A stretch of DNA of 64,000 bases, taken from positions 9,548,001 through 9,612,000 of the forward strand of contig OZ024754.1 in NCBI GenBank assembly GCA_964016885.1, in the 5' to 3' direction. Below, in pieces: positions 1-12,685 of the stretch. The position numbers and the translations under genes are program-made. Position 1 is the stretch's first letter; every line of letters begins with the position of its first letter. This DNA is from Eledone cirrhosa (taxonomy: Eukaryota). Below the pieces are notes generated by a model. It was not told the origin of the DNA, searched no databases, and was given only the letters and a program-made list of their open reading frames with translations.

Positions 1-127
1 TTTTTATTCCTTCCATTTAATATTGCCAAACAAATAACAACTGTTATATATTTCACCCATCAGGATTGGACATGTGGTTAGAATGTCTCGTGAAAGAATC
101 GCTGGACGTTTGTGGTCCACAAGCACT

Positions 128-392
128 CTGGGCCGAGGAGGGCAAACACTCTAAGTACCGGTCGCTCTCCGACAGGTTTGCAGTCGTGCCCTTAACAGTG
201 GATACTTCTGGTGTCCTTGGATTTAGGGCTACCTCCTTACTCACCACCATAGGCACAGAGCTGACCAGCCACGGGTGTGAGTCTCGCGAGATGGAATGGC
301 CCTTCCAGCGCATCTCCCTTACCATCCTCCGAGGAAACGCCTTCTCCATTCTGTCCACCGTAATTATTATTATTATTATTATTATTATTATT
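128..392 (+). mobile_element. 3' end of CRE-like (RLE-bearing) non-LTR retrotransposon with (ATT)n tail
   Basis: Translates to SKYRSLSDRFAVVPLTVDTSGVLG...REMEWPFQRISLTILRGNAFSIL, the typical KY..PxxVETxG..QRISxxIxRGNA RLE C-terminus. Confidence 0.75.
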
Positions 393-397
393 TAAAT

Positions 398-718
398 CAG
401 GCATGGGCAACCTTTTTCCAGAAGCGGGCCGCATGAGATATGGCTCATCATCTGGCGGGCCGCATGAGATATGGCTCATCATCAGGCGGGCCGCTAATTT
501 ACATTCATGCCCACATTAAAAAAAGGGCGGTAACTCAGGTTGTTTTGATTTGTTTCTTCAGAATTCGTACACGTTGTTTTCCTCGGTCGTAAAAAATGAT
601 AGAAAGATAAATTACGACTGAAAAGTTTGGGTAAAAAAAATCAGAAAGATTTCACTTAGGTGACTTAGGCGACCATTTCAGAAAGAAAGCTTCGCGGGCC
701 ACAGGTTGCCCATGACTG
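398..718. mobile_element. hAT-type MITE
   Basis: TIRs CAGGCATGGGCAACCT / AGGTTGCCCATGACTG; flanks ATTTAAAT / ATTTAAAG resemble an 8-bp TSD; internal GCGGGCCGC repeats. Confidence 0.75.
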
Positions 719-1574
719 ATTTAAAGTATCATTAGTATTAATATAAAAAATAATCATGTATAATGAGTTAAAATGTTTTTACTAGAATGCTTTTTTAGAA
801 GGGCCTCAGCAGGTTAAGGTCAGTCGTGTCGGGAGGGAGCAAATATATAACAAAATATTCAATTTAACATATATGGTGAGCTGGTTTCCTTTCGTTTTTG
901 AGTTAATGTTCGAGATGAAATTAAGCACAGCCTATATAACATATATTTATTTATATATGTTGACTGGCACCTATGTCTTTCACTTAACACATTTTATACA
1001 AACATTTCCATTTCGTGTTCCCGCCGGTGGAGGAACAGAGAATTAGATCAAAGAACTCTATTGCAATATGATTCTATTACGTTTCTACTTTATTACCAAC
1101 TGGGGAATTCTATAACATACGACGAATAACTTTTGTATAGGTAAAACTTAGTGTGTATGTGTTAGTGTGAAAAGGTGCTAATGGCTGACCACCTGTGCTT
1201 ATAGAGATCATTTAGAAGACATCTTTGCTGTTTAGCAATGTAAATTAGTGACAATTACGCTTAGTAGGTATCATATAAAAGAAAATGTGATATAATTTCA
1301 GATTCAAACGAAAGCTACAGCTGTAGCTTTTTAAACATAATTATAAACACTTATTTTGTGCTTCGTTGACTTCGTTTTTCATTGTGTTGAATGTATGTTA
1401 TTTTTTCTTTTCAGAAAACCACGGAAATATAGCGATTATACACTTAAGTAAATAGCAAAATTGATAAGAAACTTTTGAGTAGCAAATAACTCTACATCTA
1501 TAGTTACTAGCTTTATTATCTACAACTTTCGCTTCAGAGTCGATACCACTAACTCAGGTTCTGCTGCACGTCGG

Positions 1575-1795
1575 GCTGAGGAGGGTAAACTCTCCAAGTA
1601 TCGGTCGCTCTCCGATAGCCCCTAGAAGTAGAGACTTCTGGTGTCATTGGTCCTAGGGCTACCTCCTTATTTACCACCAAAGGCGCTGAGCTGGCTAGCC
1701 GCAGATTGAATGAGCCTCTCGAGATGGAATGGCTCTTCCAGCGTATCTCCCTTCCCATCCTCCGAGGAAACGCCTTCGCCATTCTGTCCAAGCTG
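1575..1795 (+). mobile_element. CRE-like RLE C-terminal fragment (second copy)
   Basis: Clear nucleotide similarity to 128-360 (gagacttctggtgtc...tccgaggaaacgccttc). Confidence 0.7.
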
Positions 1796-1849
1796 ACAGG
1801 ATAGCGAGGGAAATGGCCCGGAGGAGGGTGAAAAACTCAAATAACCCGT

Positions 1850-2810
1850 TTAGATAAATGCAGATATTTGCTAAATATAATGCACCACAAAGTTGTTGAC
1901 GAAACTACTTCAGACATAATCTTTAATTGAATATCGGAACTAATTTCAATTAGGTTTTCACAATCTACTGCCAGAAGTCCCGTTGGCTTTCTTTTACATT
2001 TGTACCCAATATATTAGCTTTGTTCTTTAAATTTGGAAACTACCCAGTTAGAGATTCTATTAAGCTGTTGAGATGACTTAATATCATTGAGAATTTCAAC
2101 TGCTAAATCCATTCCAAATTCTTTAAGGAATTTACTAGAGATAGGAAAACCGTCAAAAGTATTTTGTTCCAGAATAAGAGATTCAATATTACAATTTACG
2201 TGATAAACGATACCATTTTATCGTTGGCTTGAAAACTAATCATTTTTCCTTGCAGAGATAAATATGATCCATCTAAGTTTGCAAAAATATCGACTAAGTA
2301 TGCAATTCTTGATAGCCAAGTCGTATTTGTTAATCTATCGGATAATCGAAATTTATGATCGATAAAATATACGAAGAGTTCCTTCTGCAATTCAAGCATT
2401 CTGATAATAACATTACCCGCGATTGTCATCTATCTGTTTTATGTAAGAGTAGTGTTGTGCAGACGACAGACGACACAGGTCTTCACATACGGCTTTTTGA
2501 AGGGGGGAAAAAAAGCATGATTGCAACGACTGATATTTAATAAAAATGATAATCAGAACTATATCATCTAAAACCGATTTAAATATAACTGAAAACGTGT
2601 TTGTTACTAATGCATATCAATGAAGAATGTAGTGGTTAATGTTAAAATGTTTTGCAACATGTCTTGTTCGTGTTACAGTGCCAGCCACATTTCTTACAAC
2701 TGCCTTTCCTCAATCACCACAAACTTCAACACTTTTGTCCAGCTTATATCTTTCATCTTCATAAAAATATTGATGCAAACTACATTTTGTTATTGCAATA
2801 GTTCGTCCAT
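1850..2810 (-). mobile_element. Degraded hAT (Buster/Charlie-type) transposase
   Basis: LSDRLTNTTWLSRIAYLVDIFANL..LSLQG at 2196-2429; degenerate CxDG..AG.V......HxxLH motif at about 2615-2730; many stops. Confidence 0.7.
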
Positions 2811-2814
2811 TTCT

Positions 2815-3190
2815 TTTTATCCGCATCTCCCGAAGGAGTCGTAGAGGTGCCATATTGAAGACCCCCTTCGGTCACAAATTACCATGTGATTTGCACCCAG
2901 AAAGTTTCCCTTCGAGGCACAAGTCCGGGCAAGGTTGTCTGAGGAAGACCAGCAGTCACCCATGCATACCAGTCTCTCCTCTCCACACCACCGATGATGT
3001 CCAAGGGAAAGGCAATGGCCGATACAGCTTGACACCAGAGGCGTCGCAATTCATTTCTACAGCTGAGTAAACTGGAGGAACGTGAAATAAAGTGTCTTGC
3101 TCAAGGACACAACACATTACCCGGTCCGAGAATCGAACTCACAACCTTTCGATTGCAAGCCCAATGCTCTAACCACTAATCCATATGCCA
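2815..3190 (-). mobile_element. tRNA-headed CORE-type SINE, tail type A
   Basis: A/B-box head (tggattagtggttagagc, gagttcgattc) and CCTTGAGCAAGACACTTT core. Confidence 0.7.
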
Positions 3191-3481
3191 TATTGACATA
3201 CGACGTTTCTAGTGCATTTTAAAACCCAGCCGAGCCCATCTCTTTTCCATAGTGGTAAGAAACTCTCAGGAGAGCTGAACAGCAGAGGGTCTTCAGAGAA
3301 GAAACCCCAAGCAAGTGTTTCGGCCCTGTATTTCTAAATTTTCGTATAAAAGCAATTCTTTCTCAGTTCTTTTTTTTTTCTTCTAAACTTATAACAATCA
3401 AAAACAAAAGTAAAATTGCCAAGCCAACGATGTCAGCAGACTCGTCTTGTAAGGCATAAGCGTCACAGCGTCACATACATC

Positions 3482-3772
3482 TAAAGTCTGTCTTACGCCA
3501 GAAGGCTCATATGGCCGGTACGTATCCTGGTTTCATGGCGTGAATTGATTGAGAGTACGAACCTCCACTCCACCCCCCTGGACAGGACGCCAGTCCATCA
3601 CAGGGTTAAACCTCCAACTATTGCTGGTACTCATTTACAGCTGAGTATACTGGAGCAACATGAAATGAAGTGTTTTGCTCAAGAACACAACACGCAACCC
3701 AGCCCAGGAATCGAACCCACGTCATTATCATCGTAGGTCCAACACACTCACCACTAGGCGACGCGCCTCCAC
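3482..3772 (-). mobile_element. tRNA-headed CORE-type SINE, tail type B (Meta-domain-like); related copy 38745-38930
   Basis: Same head and core, followed by ccctgtgatggactggcgtcctgtccagggg. Confidence 0.65.
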
Positions 3773-4083
3773 ATACAAGGATCGTGAAATAAGCTCAGCC
3801 TTATCGGTAATACGTCTTCATACAGTAGTGTTAGAAAGAGACAACAGTTTTAATAAGTAGTTCAGCAATAACATATGCCTATTGGTACTACGATGTTTCA
3901 TATTGAATGACATTTCTTAGAATATCAGAAACCATTTCTCTAAGATAGATTAATGAGTGTTCTATATAGTGTCTATGAGAGACAATATAGAATAACATTA
4001 CTAATTGTATAAATAATATTACAAATAGAAAAAGGAGAAAAAACAAAAACACACAAGCAGGTAATACATTCTTGGACTACATA

Positions 4084-4708
4084 CAGGACGGTCCGAATGT
4101 CTTGTCACCCCTTGTCACATATTGTTTTAGCTTTAATTATTTTTTGTTTTAATAATATAATATATATCATTAACTTTGCCTTTCATCCTTACGGGGTCGA
4201 TAAAATAAAGTACCAGTAATACACTAGGATAATTGCTGGCCTTGTACCAAAAGTAGAAACAATTAATAATATATAATTGTTTCTACTTTTGGCACAAGGC
4301 CAGCAATTTCCCAGTACATTACTGGTACTTTATTTTATCGACCCTATAAGGATGAAAGGCAAAGTTAACCTCGACGGGATTTGAACTTAGACAGTAAAGG
4401 GACGTAACTATGCTAGAAAGCATGGCGTCCAACCCTCTACCGATTCTGTCAATTCACCGTCCTTAATATATAATTATAATAATATAATTTCCTATTTCAG
4501 AGCTTCTACAGTTTGGAAGAGAGGCTGCTTGCAAGTGTATGGACACATGATCGTGTGCATTCTGACAAGAGCATGGAGGATGTGCGACATGACTTCACTG
4601 CAAGATTTGGCAAACCAGCTCCTCCGAAGAGGACGATACTGCGATGGGAACATAAATTGTTTCTCATTACTTTTTGGTAGGAGGTGACAAGACTTTCGAA
4701 CCACCCTG
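4084..4708 (+). mobile_element. Internally deleted Tc1/mariner element containing two Nin-SINEs
   Basis: TA TSD; TIRs CAGGACGGTCCGAATGTCTTGTCAC / GTGACAAGACTTTCGAACCACCCTG; N-terminal HTH-like YSLEERLLASVW...FTARFGKPAPPKRTILRWEHKLF. Confidence 0.7.
4150..4465. mobile_element. Two tail-to-tail Nin-domain SINEs (4150-4263 +, 4275-4465 -)
   Basis: Nin-domain motif gcctttcatccttacggggtcgataaaataaagtaccag on both strands. Confidence 0.8.
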
Positions 4709-4950
4709 TACAACAAAAGGCAAGCGACAACTGCCAGGACAAAAGATAGAATAATTTCATAAAGCTATTATTTTGTAAAATAATTTTGTCTAATAGAACA
4801 ATTTTAAATATAGAATTAAAAAAAAAAAGAATCTCAATCGGAAAATTTAATTTAAAGAAAGACAGTAGAAAAAAATTGAAAATAGTCTACCTGTATCAGA
4901 TCGCAGGAAATTAATGGCGTATCGTCTTATAATCCTTTTATATGAATGAC

Positions 4951-5097
4951 TAGTTAGTTATCTGGCTCAAAGAAACTACTTTTCAATCTTAGTCTAAACC
5001 AGTTAGTTGTCTGGCTCAAAGAAACTACTTTTCAATCTTAGTCTAAACCAGTTAGTTGTCTGGCTCAAAGAAACTATTTTCCAATCTTAGTCTAAAA
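4951..5097. repeat. 49-bp tandem repeat, 3 copies
   Basis: agttagttgtctggctcaaagaaactacttttcaatcttagtctaaacc repeated. Confidence 0.9.
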
Positions 5098-5970
5098 CAT
5101 GTCTGAAATCAGCGATAAAAACATCACCAATACAAAATGGTATCCATCATGACTGACAATGAGCATGCTCTCTCCCAACCGGAAGTTCCATGTGTAACAC
5201 CAACCTAGTCCGAGGAACCACTTCTGCACGTGCGATCAAACACTAGAACAACCTCAAACAAGAAACAGTTGATGCACCCTCAGTCAAGACTCGAGATCAA
5301 CCCACCCCCGCTCAAGTTTAACTACCGCTTCTCGTATTGATGCCCATCTGGGAGGCATTGATACCACGTGATGCTCGATACTCAGAAGAAGATCATCTCT
5401 ACCTTGGTATGAGTCTAATTACCCTTACAGAGTACCAAATGACCATTCTTAAGATGTATGTCAAGGGAAATCACTGCATTTACACATTTTCCATTAGATC
5501 GTCATTAGACATTAATTTATCGTAGCATAATAGGATTTTACCGAAGCTACTTTTCAAAGACTAGTTTTGTAGAATATTGTTTTAAATTAATAGCGATGTG
5601 ATTTACGTTCAATAATCTTTTGTGTATTTAAAAACTTGAGATCAGCCAGTAGAGCGTCAGGCAACACGCTTTGCGATATATAGTTACGTCCCTTTATGTT
5701 CTAAGTTCAAATCCCACCGAGGTTATATTTGCTTTTCATTCTTACAGGATCGATTAAATAAAGTACCAATAACGCACTGTGATCGATTTAATCGTGTGTC
5801 CCCCCCCCGCCTCCACACACACATTGATGGCTTTGTGCCTAAATCAGAAAACATTCTGCGTTCAAATCTCACCAAGGTTAGCTTTGCCTTTCATCATCAA
5901 AGATGATTATACCAACTCCTGTACTTGTCTGACATTTTACAGTATTTTATCGATCCCGGAAGGATAAATG

Positions 5971-6896
5971 CAGACCTGCCAACCTCTAAAAACCCAAAAT
6001 GGGGAGAAATGAGGCAAAATGGGGAGATTTTACACAATTGTTTCTACTTTTGGCACAAGACCAGCAATTAACCAGTGTATTACTGGTACTTTATTTTATC
6101 GACCCCGTAAGGATGAAAGGCAAAGTCAACCTCGGCGGGATTTGAACTCAGATCTTAAAGGGACATAACTATGCTGGAAAGCATGGCGTCCGACCCTCTC
6201 CCGATACTGCCAATCAACCGCCCTTCATAATTGTTTCTACTTTAGGCACAAGGCCAGCAATTAACCAGTGTATTACTGGTACTTTATTTTATCGACCCCG
6301 TAAGGATGAAAGGCAAAGTCAACCTCGGCGGGATTTGAACTCAGATCGTAAAGGGACGTAACTATGCTGGAAAGCATGGCGTCCGACCCTCTCCCGATAC
6401 TGCCAATCAACCGCCCTTCATAATTGTTTCTACTTTAGGCACAAGGCCAGCAATTACCCAGTGCATTACTGGTACTTTATTTTATCGACCCCGTAAGGAT
6501 GAAAGGCAAAGTCAACCTCGGCGGGATTTGAACTCAGATCGTAAAGGGACGTAACTATGCTGGAAAGCATGGCGTCCGACCCTCTACCGATACTGCCAAT
6601 CCACCGCCCTTCATAATTGTTTCTACTTTAGGCACAAGGCCAGCAATTACCCAGTGCATTACTGGTACTTTATTTTATCGACCCCGTAAGGATGAAAGGC
6701 AAAGTCAATCTCGGCGGGATTTGAACTCAGATCGTAAAGGGACGTAACTATGCTGGAAAGCATGGCGTCCGACCCTCTACCGATACTGCCAATCCAAATG
6801 AAAGCTATATACATTTTCACAAGAGAAGACATCTCTCACCCACCCCAAAGTGGGTGGGTGATCTCGCTCCTCGGACGGGGAGAGTTGACAAGTCTG
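5971..6896. mobile_element. MITE inserted in an older Nin-SINE and containing a SINE tetramer
   Basis: TIRs CAGACCTGCCAAC(C)TCT / AGAGTTGACAAGTCTG; flanks TAAATG / TAAACG; host SINE sequence resumes after 6897. Confidence 0.6.
6036..6797 (-). repeat. Four head-to-tail Nin-domain SINE copies, 193-bp period
   Basis: aattgtttctac recurs at 6036, 6229, 6422 and 6615. Confidence 0.92.
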
Positions 6897-7689
6897 TAAA
6901 CGGCAAAATTTAACCTTTGAATTTAAACTCAGAATATACAGAACTGAAACAAATACCACAATGGTATTTCACCTGACTCTCTACCAATTCTGACACTGTC
7001 AAATATTGCAAAGACATTCCATAAAAGCCGAACACAAATCAAACTTGTTAATTATAGAAAAGTATACACACTAAATGGAAGTAGAACATGCCAACATGTG
7101 ACACAAATGTATGACAGGAATAAAGATATTTATAACAGTGATTAAATATGTGATGGTGTAGAACAAGCAATACTCTGTGAACACAGTGAAAATAACAGGA
7201 ATTTGCTGTGACTGAAGTCTTTAAAATGTCTAAACAAGAACTGGTTGAATAAACAAAATGTTCATACAATTAATTACGTCTAGCACATCGAATACAGATG
7301 ATAGATGCTGGCGTCAGAAGACAGTTTTGAAAAATAAGAATGCACGCAAAAAAGAAAAAAGATATCACACGAAGCAATCAGAAGAAATTAATATATTTCA
7401 AATTGTTGTAATGAGTACTGCTTAATTTATGAAATTAGAACGGATAAAATTTTTTTATGTTTTTTACTGTTTGTATTTTTGTTGTTTTTTTTTAAATCAA
7501 ATTTTCGGTGGAATAAATTCTATATTTAAAATTGTTCTATAATTAACGTTATTTCTAAATATTTGAAAATTTTTTTTTTATAAAACATAAAAATCCACGA
7601 AAGCAATGAGGTATCATATCATGTTTCATAGGATTCTTCTGTTACATTTTTACTGCTAACTGCAAGGTTCTTTTCACTGGTGACTCCCC

Positions 7690-7900
7690 TAGCCGAGGTA
7701 ACTGGTGATACTCGTGAAGGCGCTTGGCTGTTCTAGCGCATCAGCCTCGCCATCACTCGAGGTATTGAGCGGGTTGGCTTGCCTAAAAAATTATTAGAGA
7801 TGTTTTCCAATGCTCCTCGCGATATTGTTATTTTTTGTTCTGGTAGCTGCTCATTTGTCCCCCCCTTTCGCCTACCCTTTGTTGTCTGTGGTTCTAGATG
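7690..7900 (+). mobile_element. Second RLE non-LTR family 3' end; other copies at 8200-8420 (-) and 34430-34640 (+)
   Basis: (W)LFQRISLAITRGNAASVLACL motif with a shared 3' UTR. Confidence 0.6.
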
Positions 7901-8044
7901 TGTATTACCTGCTTGTGTGAGTTTTTTCTTTCTTTTTTCCTTTCTCTTTTCTTTCTTTTTTTTTTCTCTTTTGATTGGTAATATTATGACGATGGTTACG
8001 TTGACAAATAAAATTATTCTTGGTTTTTACCATTCGTTTTAGTG

Positions 8045-8190
8045 GCATAACATCCTTGAACTCAGCTGCTCTCGCTTGTGGATCCAGCTGGATCAATTGG
8101 GGGCGGTTGCTTCTGACAGAACCCACTGGGAGGAGTGTTTCAGGACTCTGCCCCTCCCACAAATAAGCAGGAGGAAAAAGAAGAAGAATC
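8045..8190 (+). mobile_element. 3' end of RTE-like LINE ((GAA)n-tailed family)
   Basis: Reverse complement of the 14100-14255 family sequence. Confidence 0.65.
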
Positions 8191-8717
8191 ACATTTTTTT
8201 TCTTTTTCTTTTTTTATTCTTTCAGAAAGATATATTCTTTTAATGTTACAATATTAACGAAAATGTAAAGGAAGGGGTGATCAACTGAGCCAAGACCAGA
8301 GCAAAAGACAGCAACGTCGCGGGGAGTACCGGGCAACCTCTCTAATGATTTTTTTAGGCAAGCCAGCACACTCGCAGCGTTGCCTCGGGTGATGGCGAGG
8401 CTAATGCGTTGGAACATCTGAATCAAATTAGATGTTGCTGTTGATGCTTGTACAGATTCTGTTTTTCCAGATATGTTCTGATTCCTCCAGTTTCCGTAGT
8501 TCTCTTTAACTTACCGAAAACATGGACAACTTCATTTTTTTATTGAATAAAAAATATATTAAAATGTATTTTAAAAGGTTTAAACATGATTTATAACGAC
8601 ACAAACTGCAATACTAGAAATAAAACAAAAACAAAACAATACCAGTACAATTCTTCAGATTGTACTAACGAAGTTATTGCTGCACCATAACACATGCATT
8701 CGACTGAAGGTAACACT

Positions 8718-9235
8718 TCATCATCATCGTTTAACGTCCATCTTCCACGCTAGCATGGGTTGGACAGGATTGTCCCACTTGAAGCAAGATTGGTCGGGTG
8801 GCAGTGTCTCGCTTGTATAGGACTGTTTCTGGCAGGTTTTCTACAGCTGGATGCCCTTCCTAACACCAACTACATTTACAGTGTGTGCCGGGAGCCTTTT
8901 TACCATGTCTTCTACACGACCACTTTACAGTGTGGGCTGGATGGTTTTTGTTGTGACACCTACACAACAACTTTACAGTGTGGACTGGGTGCTTTTTTGT
9001 CGTGACACCTACACGACTACTATACAGTGTGGGCTGGGTGTTTTTTGTCGTGACACCTACACGACCACTATACAGTGTGGACTGGGTGCTTTTTGTCGTG
9101 ACACCTACATGACCACTTTACAGTGTGGGCTGGGTGCTTTTTTATCGTAACACCTACATGACCACCTTACAGTGTGGGCTGGGTGCTTTTTGTTGTGACA
9201 CCTACATGATCACTTTACAGTGTGGACTGGGTGTT
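8718..9235 (-). mobile_element. RTE 3' UTR/tail with internal 48-49-bp tandem array (about 7 units)
   Basis: (GAT)n tail, ggtgttaggaagggcatccagctgtagaa motif, repeated tttacagtgtgggctgggtgctttttgtcgtgacacctacac. Confidence 0.75.
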
Positions 9236-9596
9236 AGCATTATTGGCTAAAGATTATGGTTTGGTACAGAGGAATCGATTGACAAGATCTTAAACCTCCT
9301 TTGATGCTGAGTGGTATGGAACTCATCTAATCAGACCAAGGAAACAATGCCTCCATTGGTCTTTCCATTGCTGATACTATCTACCAGTCACAACTCCTGG
9401 CAGAAGGTGCAGCATGAAATAAAATGTCTTGCTCAAGAACATAACACATCACCTGGTCTGGGAATTGATCTCACAACCTCATGATTGTGAATCCATTTCT
9501 TTAACCCATAAGCCACGAGCCTTCACATTCTAAGGGATAGCAATGGTTGCAAATCTGTTTTTGTGATGAAATTCATGTGATTTATATTTTTAGTAT

Positions 9597-9597
<1 letters not shown>

Positions 9598-9627
<30 letters not shown>

Positions 9628-10015
9628 CTATCATCATCATCATCATCATCCAGTTTTTAAGGACACAATTAATCCCAAAGTAGGAGTGGGTCCTGCCTGA
9701 CAGCACTCCTTAGCATCCCACTTCATGTGTTTCTGTCCACTGGTCTCACTTCTGTCACCGATCTTCTTGGGCCTCCACTGTCTCCTGGATCAACATTCAT
9801 CACTTTCCTGATCCAGCCCTCACTGCAGTCGACATGGCTGTACCAGTGTCTTCCTGGGGCCTCCACTGTCTCCTGGATCAACATTCATCACTTTGTTGAT
9901 CCAGCCCTCACTGCAGTCGACATGGCTGTACCAGTGTCTTCCTGGGGCCTCCACTGTCTCCTGGATCAACATTCATCACTTTCCTGATCCAGCCCTCACT
10001 GCAGTCAACATGGTC
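9598..10015 (-). mobile_element. RTE RT C-terminal fragment with 88-bp tandem repeat (about 2.8 units)
   Basis: Unit reads WYSHVDCSEGWIRKVMNVDPGDSGGPRKT; (GAT)n tail. Confidence 0.6.
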
Positions 10016-10927
10016 ATACCAGCACATGTGTCTCATGTGAATATGCTAAAAAAGAAAAAAAAAAGAAAAATTAATCAGGCTGTTTATATTTTCATTTCTT
10101 CTCTGACCATTCAAGTCCAGAATATCCAATAATTAGTTTTATTAAAGTTTATTAAAAATATCTTATCTGACAAACACGCTTTCAGAAACATGGCAACTAA
10201 TAGATAAGCAAAGTATCTATTCCTAGGCTAAATAAACCCAGAAGGCAATACATAGACAACATAGACCAGTTGGACTCAAAATTATTTTGTAACAGAATTC
10301 TTACATGATTTTCCCAAAAGACATGGAACTCATGCCTATATCTTATGGAGGATCCTCATTTTAATAAAACAATGAATTCATAAATTTTTTTCAGATGGAA
10401 AGTTTATTCATATAAAAGAGGCATATAATTGATTTTATTAAAAGACGCAGTATTTCACAGAATGCTGGGGTTCCTCGAAACTCACTTTGGGAAATATTGC
10501 CATAAACTATATGAGAACAAAATATTAATACACATTACTTCTTTACATTGGGGAAAATTTTTTCACAGCTGTCCTCCATCGATTTTTAGCTGAACAACCA
10601 TAGCAAACTTTAATGTTATTGTCTTGTGTTTTTTAACCTAATTGTCAACACTAATTTAACCAGATAAATATTGATACTACAGTATCAATTTTGTTTTAAT
10701 ATATTTTTTTATGGGATCATCAGCTCATTTAAACACATTCATTTGTTTCCAGACATGTGCCAAGTTTGTTTGTGCCGAAAACATTGAAAATGTAAACAAC
10801 TTTATAGAACAGGAAATAATTTATTCTGCTGCAGAGTACATCATTTCATGAAATTAAATAGGAATAAATAACAGCTCTCTCAACCTGCTAGAAATAGCAG
10901 TAACATCTCCCTCAAACCACACTCTAC

Positions 10928-11290
10928 CACAATGATTGCCAACCTTTTTACTACCAAAGACCCTGTTCATTTAAATGAATTTTCCAATGAACTCCAAGCT
11001 TTTGAAAGGTCTGTCTATTCAGCCAGCATATGTCCCCATCGCTCAGCACTACCTTTGCAAACTATCAGGCAGTGCTGGATTTACCATTGTGTTTAGGTGT
11101 GCTCGAGCATAGGGTCCCGTTGGCCCTTGGGCATCTTCCTGCCAAAACATTTTTATGATGAATTTTTCAAATGTTTTTCAAATGTCAAACATTCAAAGGG
11201 GCCTCATAACTTAACTAACACAGGGCCTCGTTTGTCCTAAAACCTGCACTGTTCTCAGGGTTCTGCAAACCAGATTGAAAAATGCTGCTT
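10928..11290. mobile_element. hAT-like MITE with a nested second MITE (11070-11251)
   Basis: Degenerate outer ends caatgattgccaacct / gattgaaaaatgctg; inner ends cagtgctggattta / taaaacctgcactg. Confidence 0.4.
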
Positions 11291-11344
11291 CACTGCAAAA
11301 TGATGGAACCTGTGTCATCTGATTAGTAATACATCTAAGAGTAT

Positions 11345-11845
11345 TAACCTCCATTTTTACAGACCTTTGATATGGTTACAACCTTCTATTACTTTGGTGT
11401 ATCCCTCCTAATGCTTCCAGGATTGACAGCTTTGATAGCAGAGCCTTGAGGACCATAAAAACATCAGATAGGACCACTACGTTTTGAACAAAGTGTTTCA
11501 TGCGTGCATGCATCATCCCACAGCTTCCAGCCTCATAGATATCCACCACATGCACTGGTACGGACATGTCCTCTGCTTTCCATCAGATCATCCTACCAGG
11601 GCCTTACTCTCATTCGATGTAGTGACTGCAGGCTGGAAGAGGTCTTGCACCAGATGGCTGGATATCATCGGGGAAGATCTTCGGAGGCTTGGTATCACCT
11701 TGGAGGATGCATAGGAACTGGCACAGGACCACCAGTGATGGAGGGCACTAGTGGACCTGGTCGATTCTACACATGATGCTGCTTTGGGATCGCTGGCTAA
11801 GGATGACCCCGGCCTCATTGAGCAAGAGCAAGCGGACCTATTACA
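11345..11845 (+). mobile_element. Degraded RTE-clade RT C-terminal fragment
   Basis: RIDSFDSRALRTI...WYGHVL...RWLDIIGEDL...AQD..WRALV. Confidence 0.7.
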
Positions 11846-11884
11846 CATCCTCCATAATTTTGGTAGCAGTGATTTGGTGGCAGT

Positions 11885-12400
11885 ACTACTACCACCAACA
11901 CCACTACCACCACCACCACTACTACAACCATCAATACCACCACCACCACCGTTACTACAACCATCAATACCATCACCACCACCGCTACTATCTCTACAAC
12001 CACTACTACAACCACCACTACTACAACCATCAATACCACCACCACCACCACCAACACCACTACCACCACCACCACCACCACTACTACAACCACCAATACC
12101 ACCACCACTACTACAACCATCAATACCACCACCACCAACACCACTACCACCATCACCACCACCACTATTACAACCACCACTACCACCACCACCACTACTA
12201 CAACTATCAATACCACCACCACCAACACCACTACCACCACCACTACCACCACCACCACCACCACCACCACCACCACCACCACTATTACAACCACCAATAC
12301 CACCACCACCACCACCACCACCACCACCAATACCACCACCACCACCACCACCACCACCACCACCACCACCACCACCACTACTACAACCACCACCATCTCT
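11885..12400. repeat. (ACC/ACT)n trinucleotide microsatellite
   Basis: Seen directly; source of the poly-G/P/H/V ORFs. Confidence 0.95.
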
Positions 12401-12495
12401 GATGTTACCACTATGACAGCCATTAACACCAATCTCCATCACCAGCCAACCATACTTTCTCCTTCCCATGCTTTTATAATAAATGCTAACATCAT

Positions 12496-12685
12496 AATTG
12501 TTTCTACGTTAGGCACAAGGCCAGCAATTACCCAGTGCATTACTGGTACTTTATTTTATCGACCCCGTAAGGATGAAAGGCAAAGTTAACCTCGGCGGGA
12601 TTTGAACTCAGAATGGCAAGGGCCAACACTCTATGCGTCATAGCATGGCGTCCGACCCTCTACCGATACTGCCAATTCACCGCCT
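12496..12685 (-). mobile_element. Full-length Nin-domain SINE
   Basis: Head, Nin motif and 15-bp TSD tgctaacatcataat (12484-12498 / 13927-13941). Confidence 0.85.
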
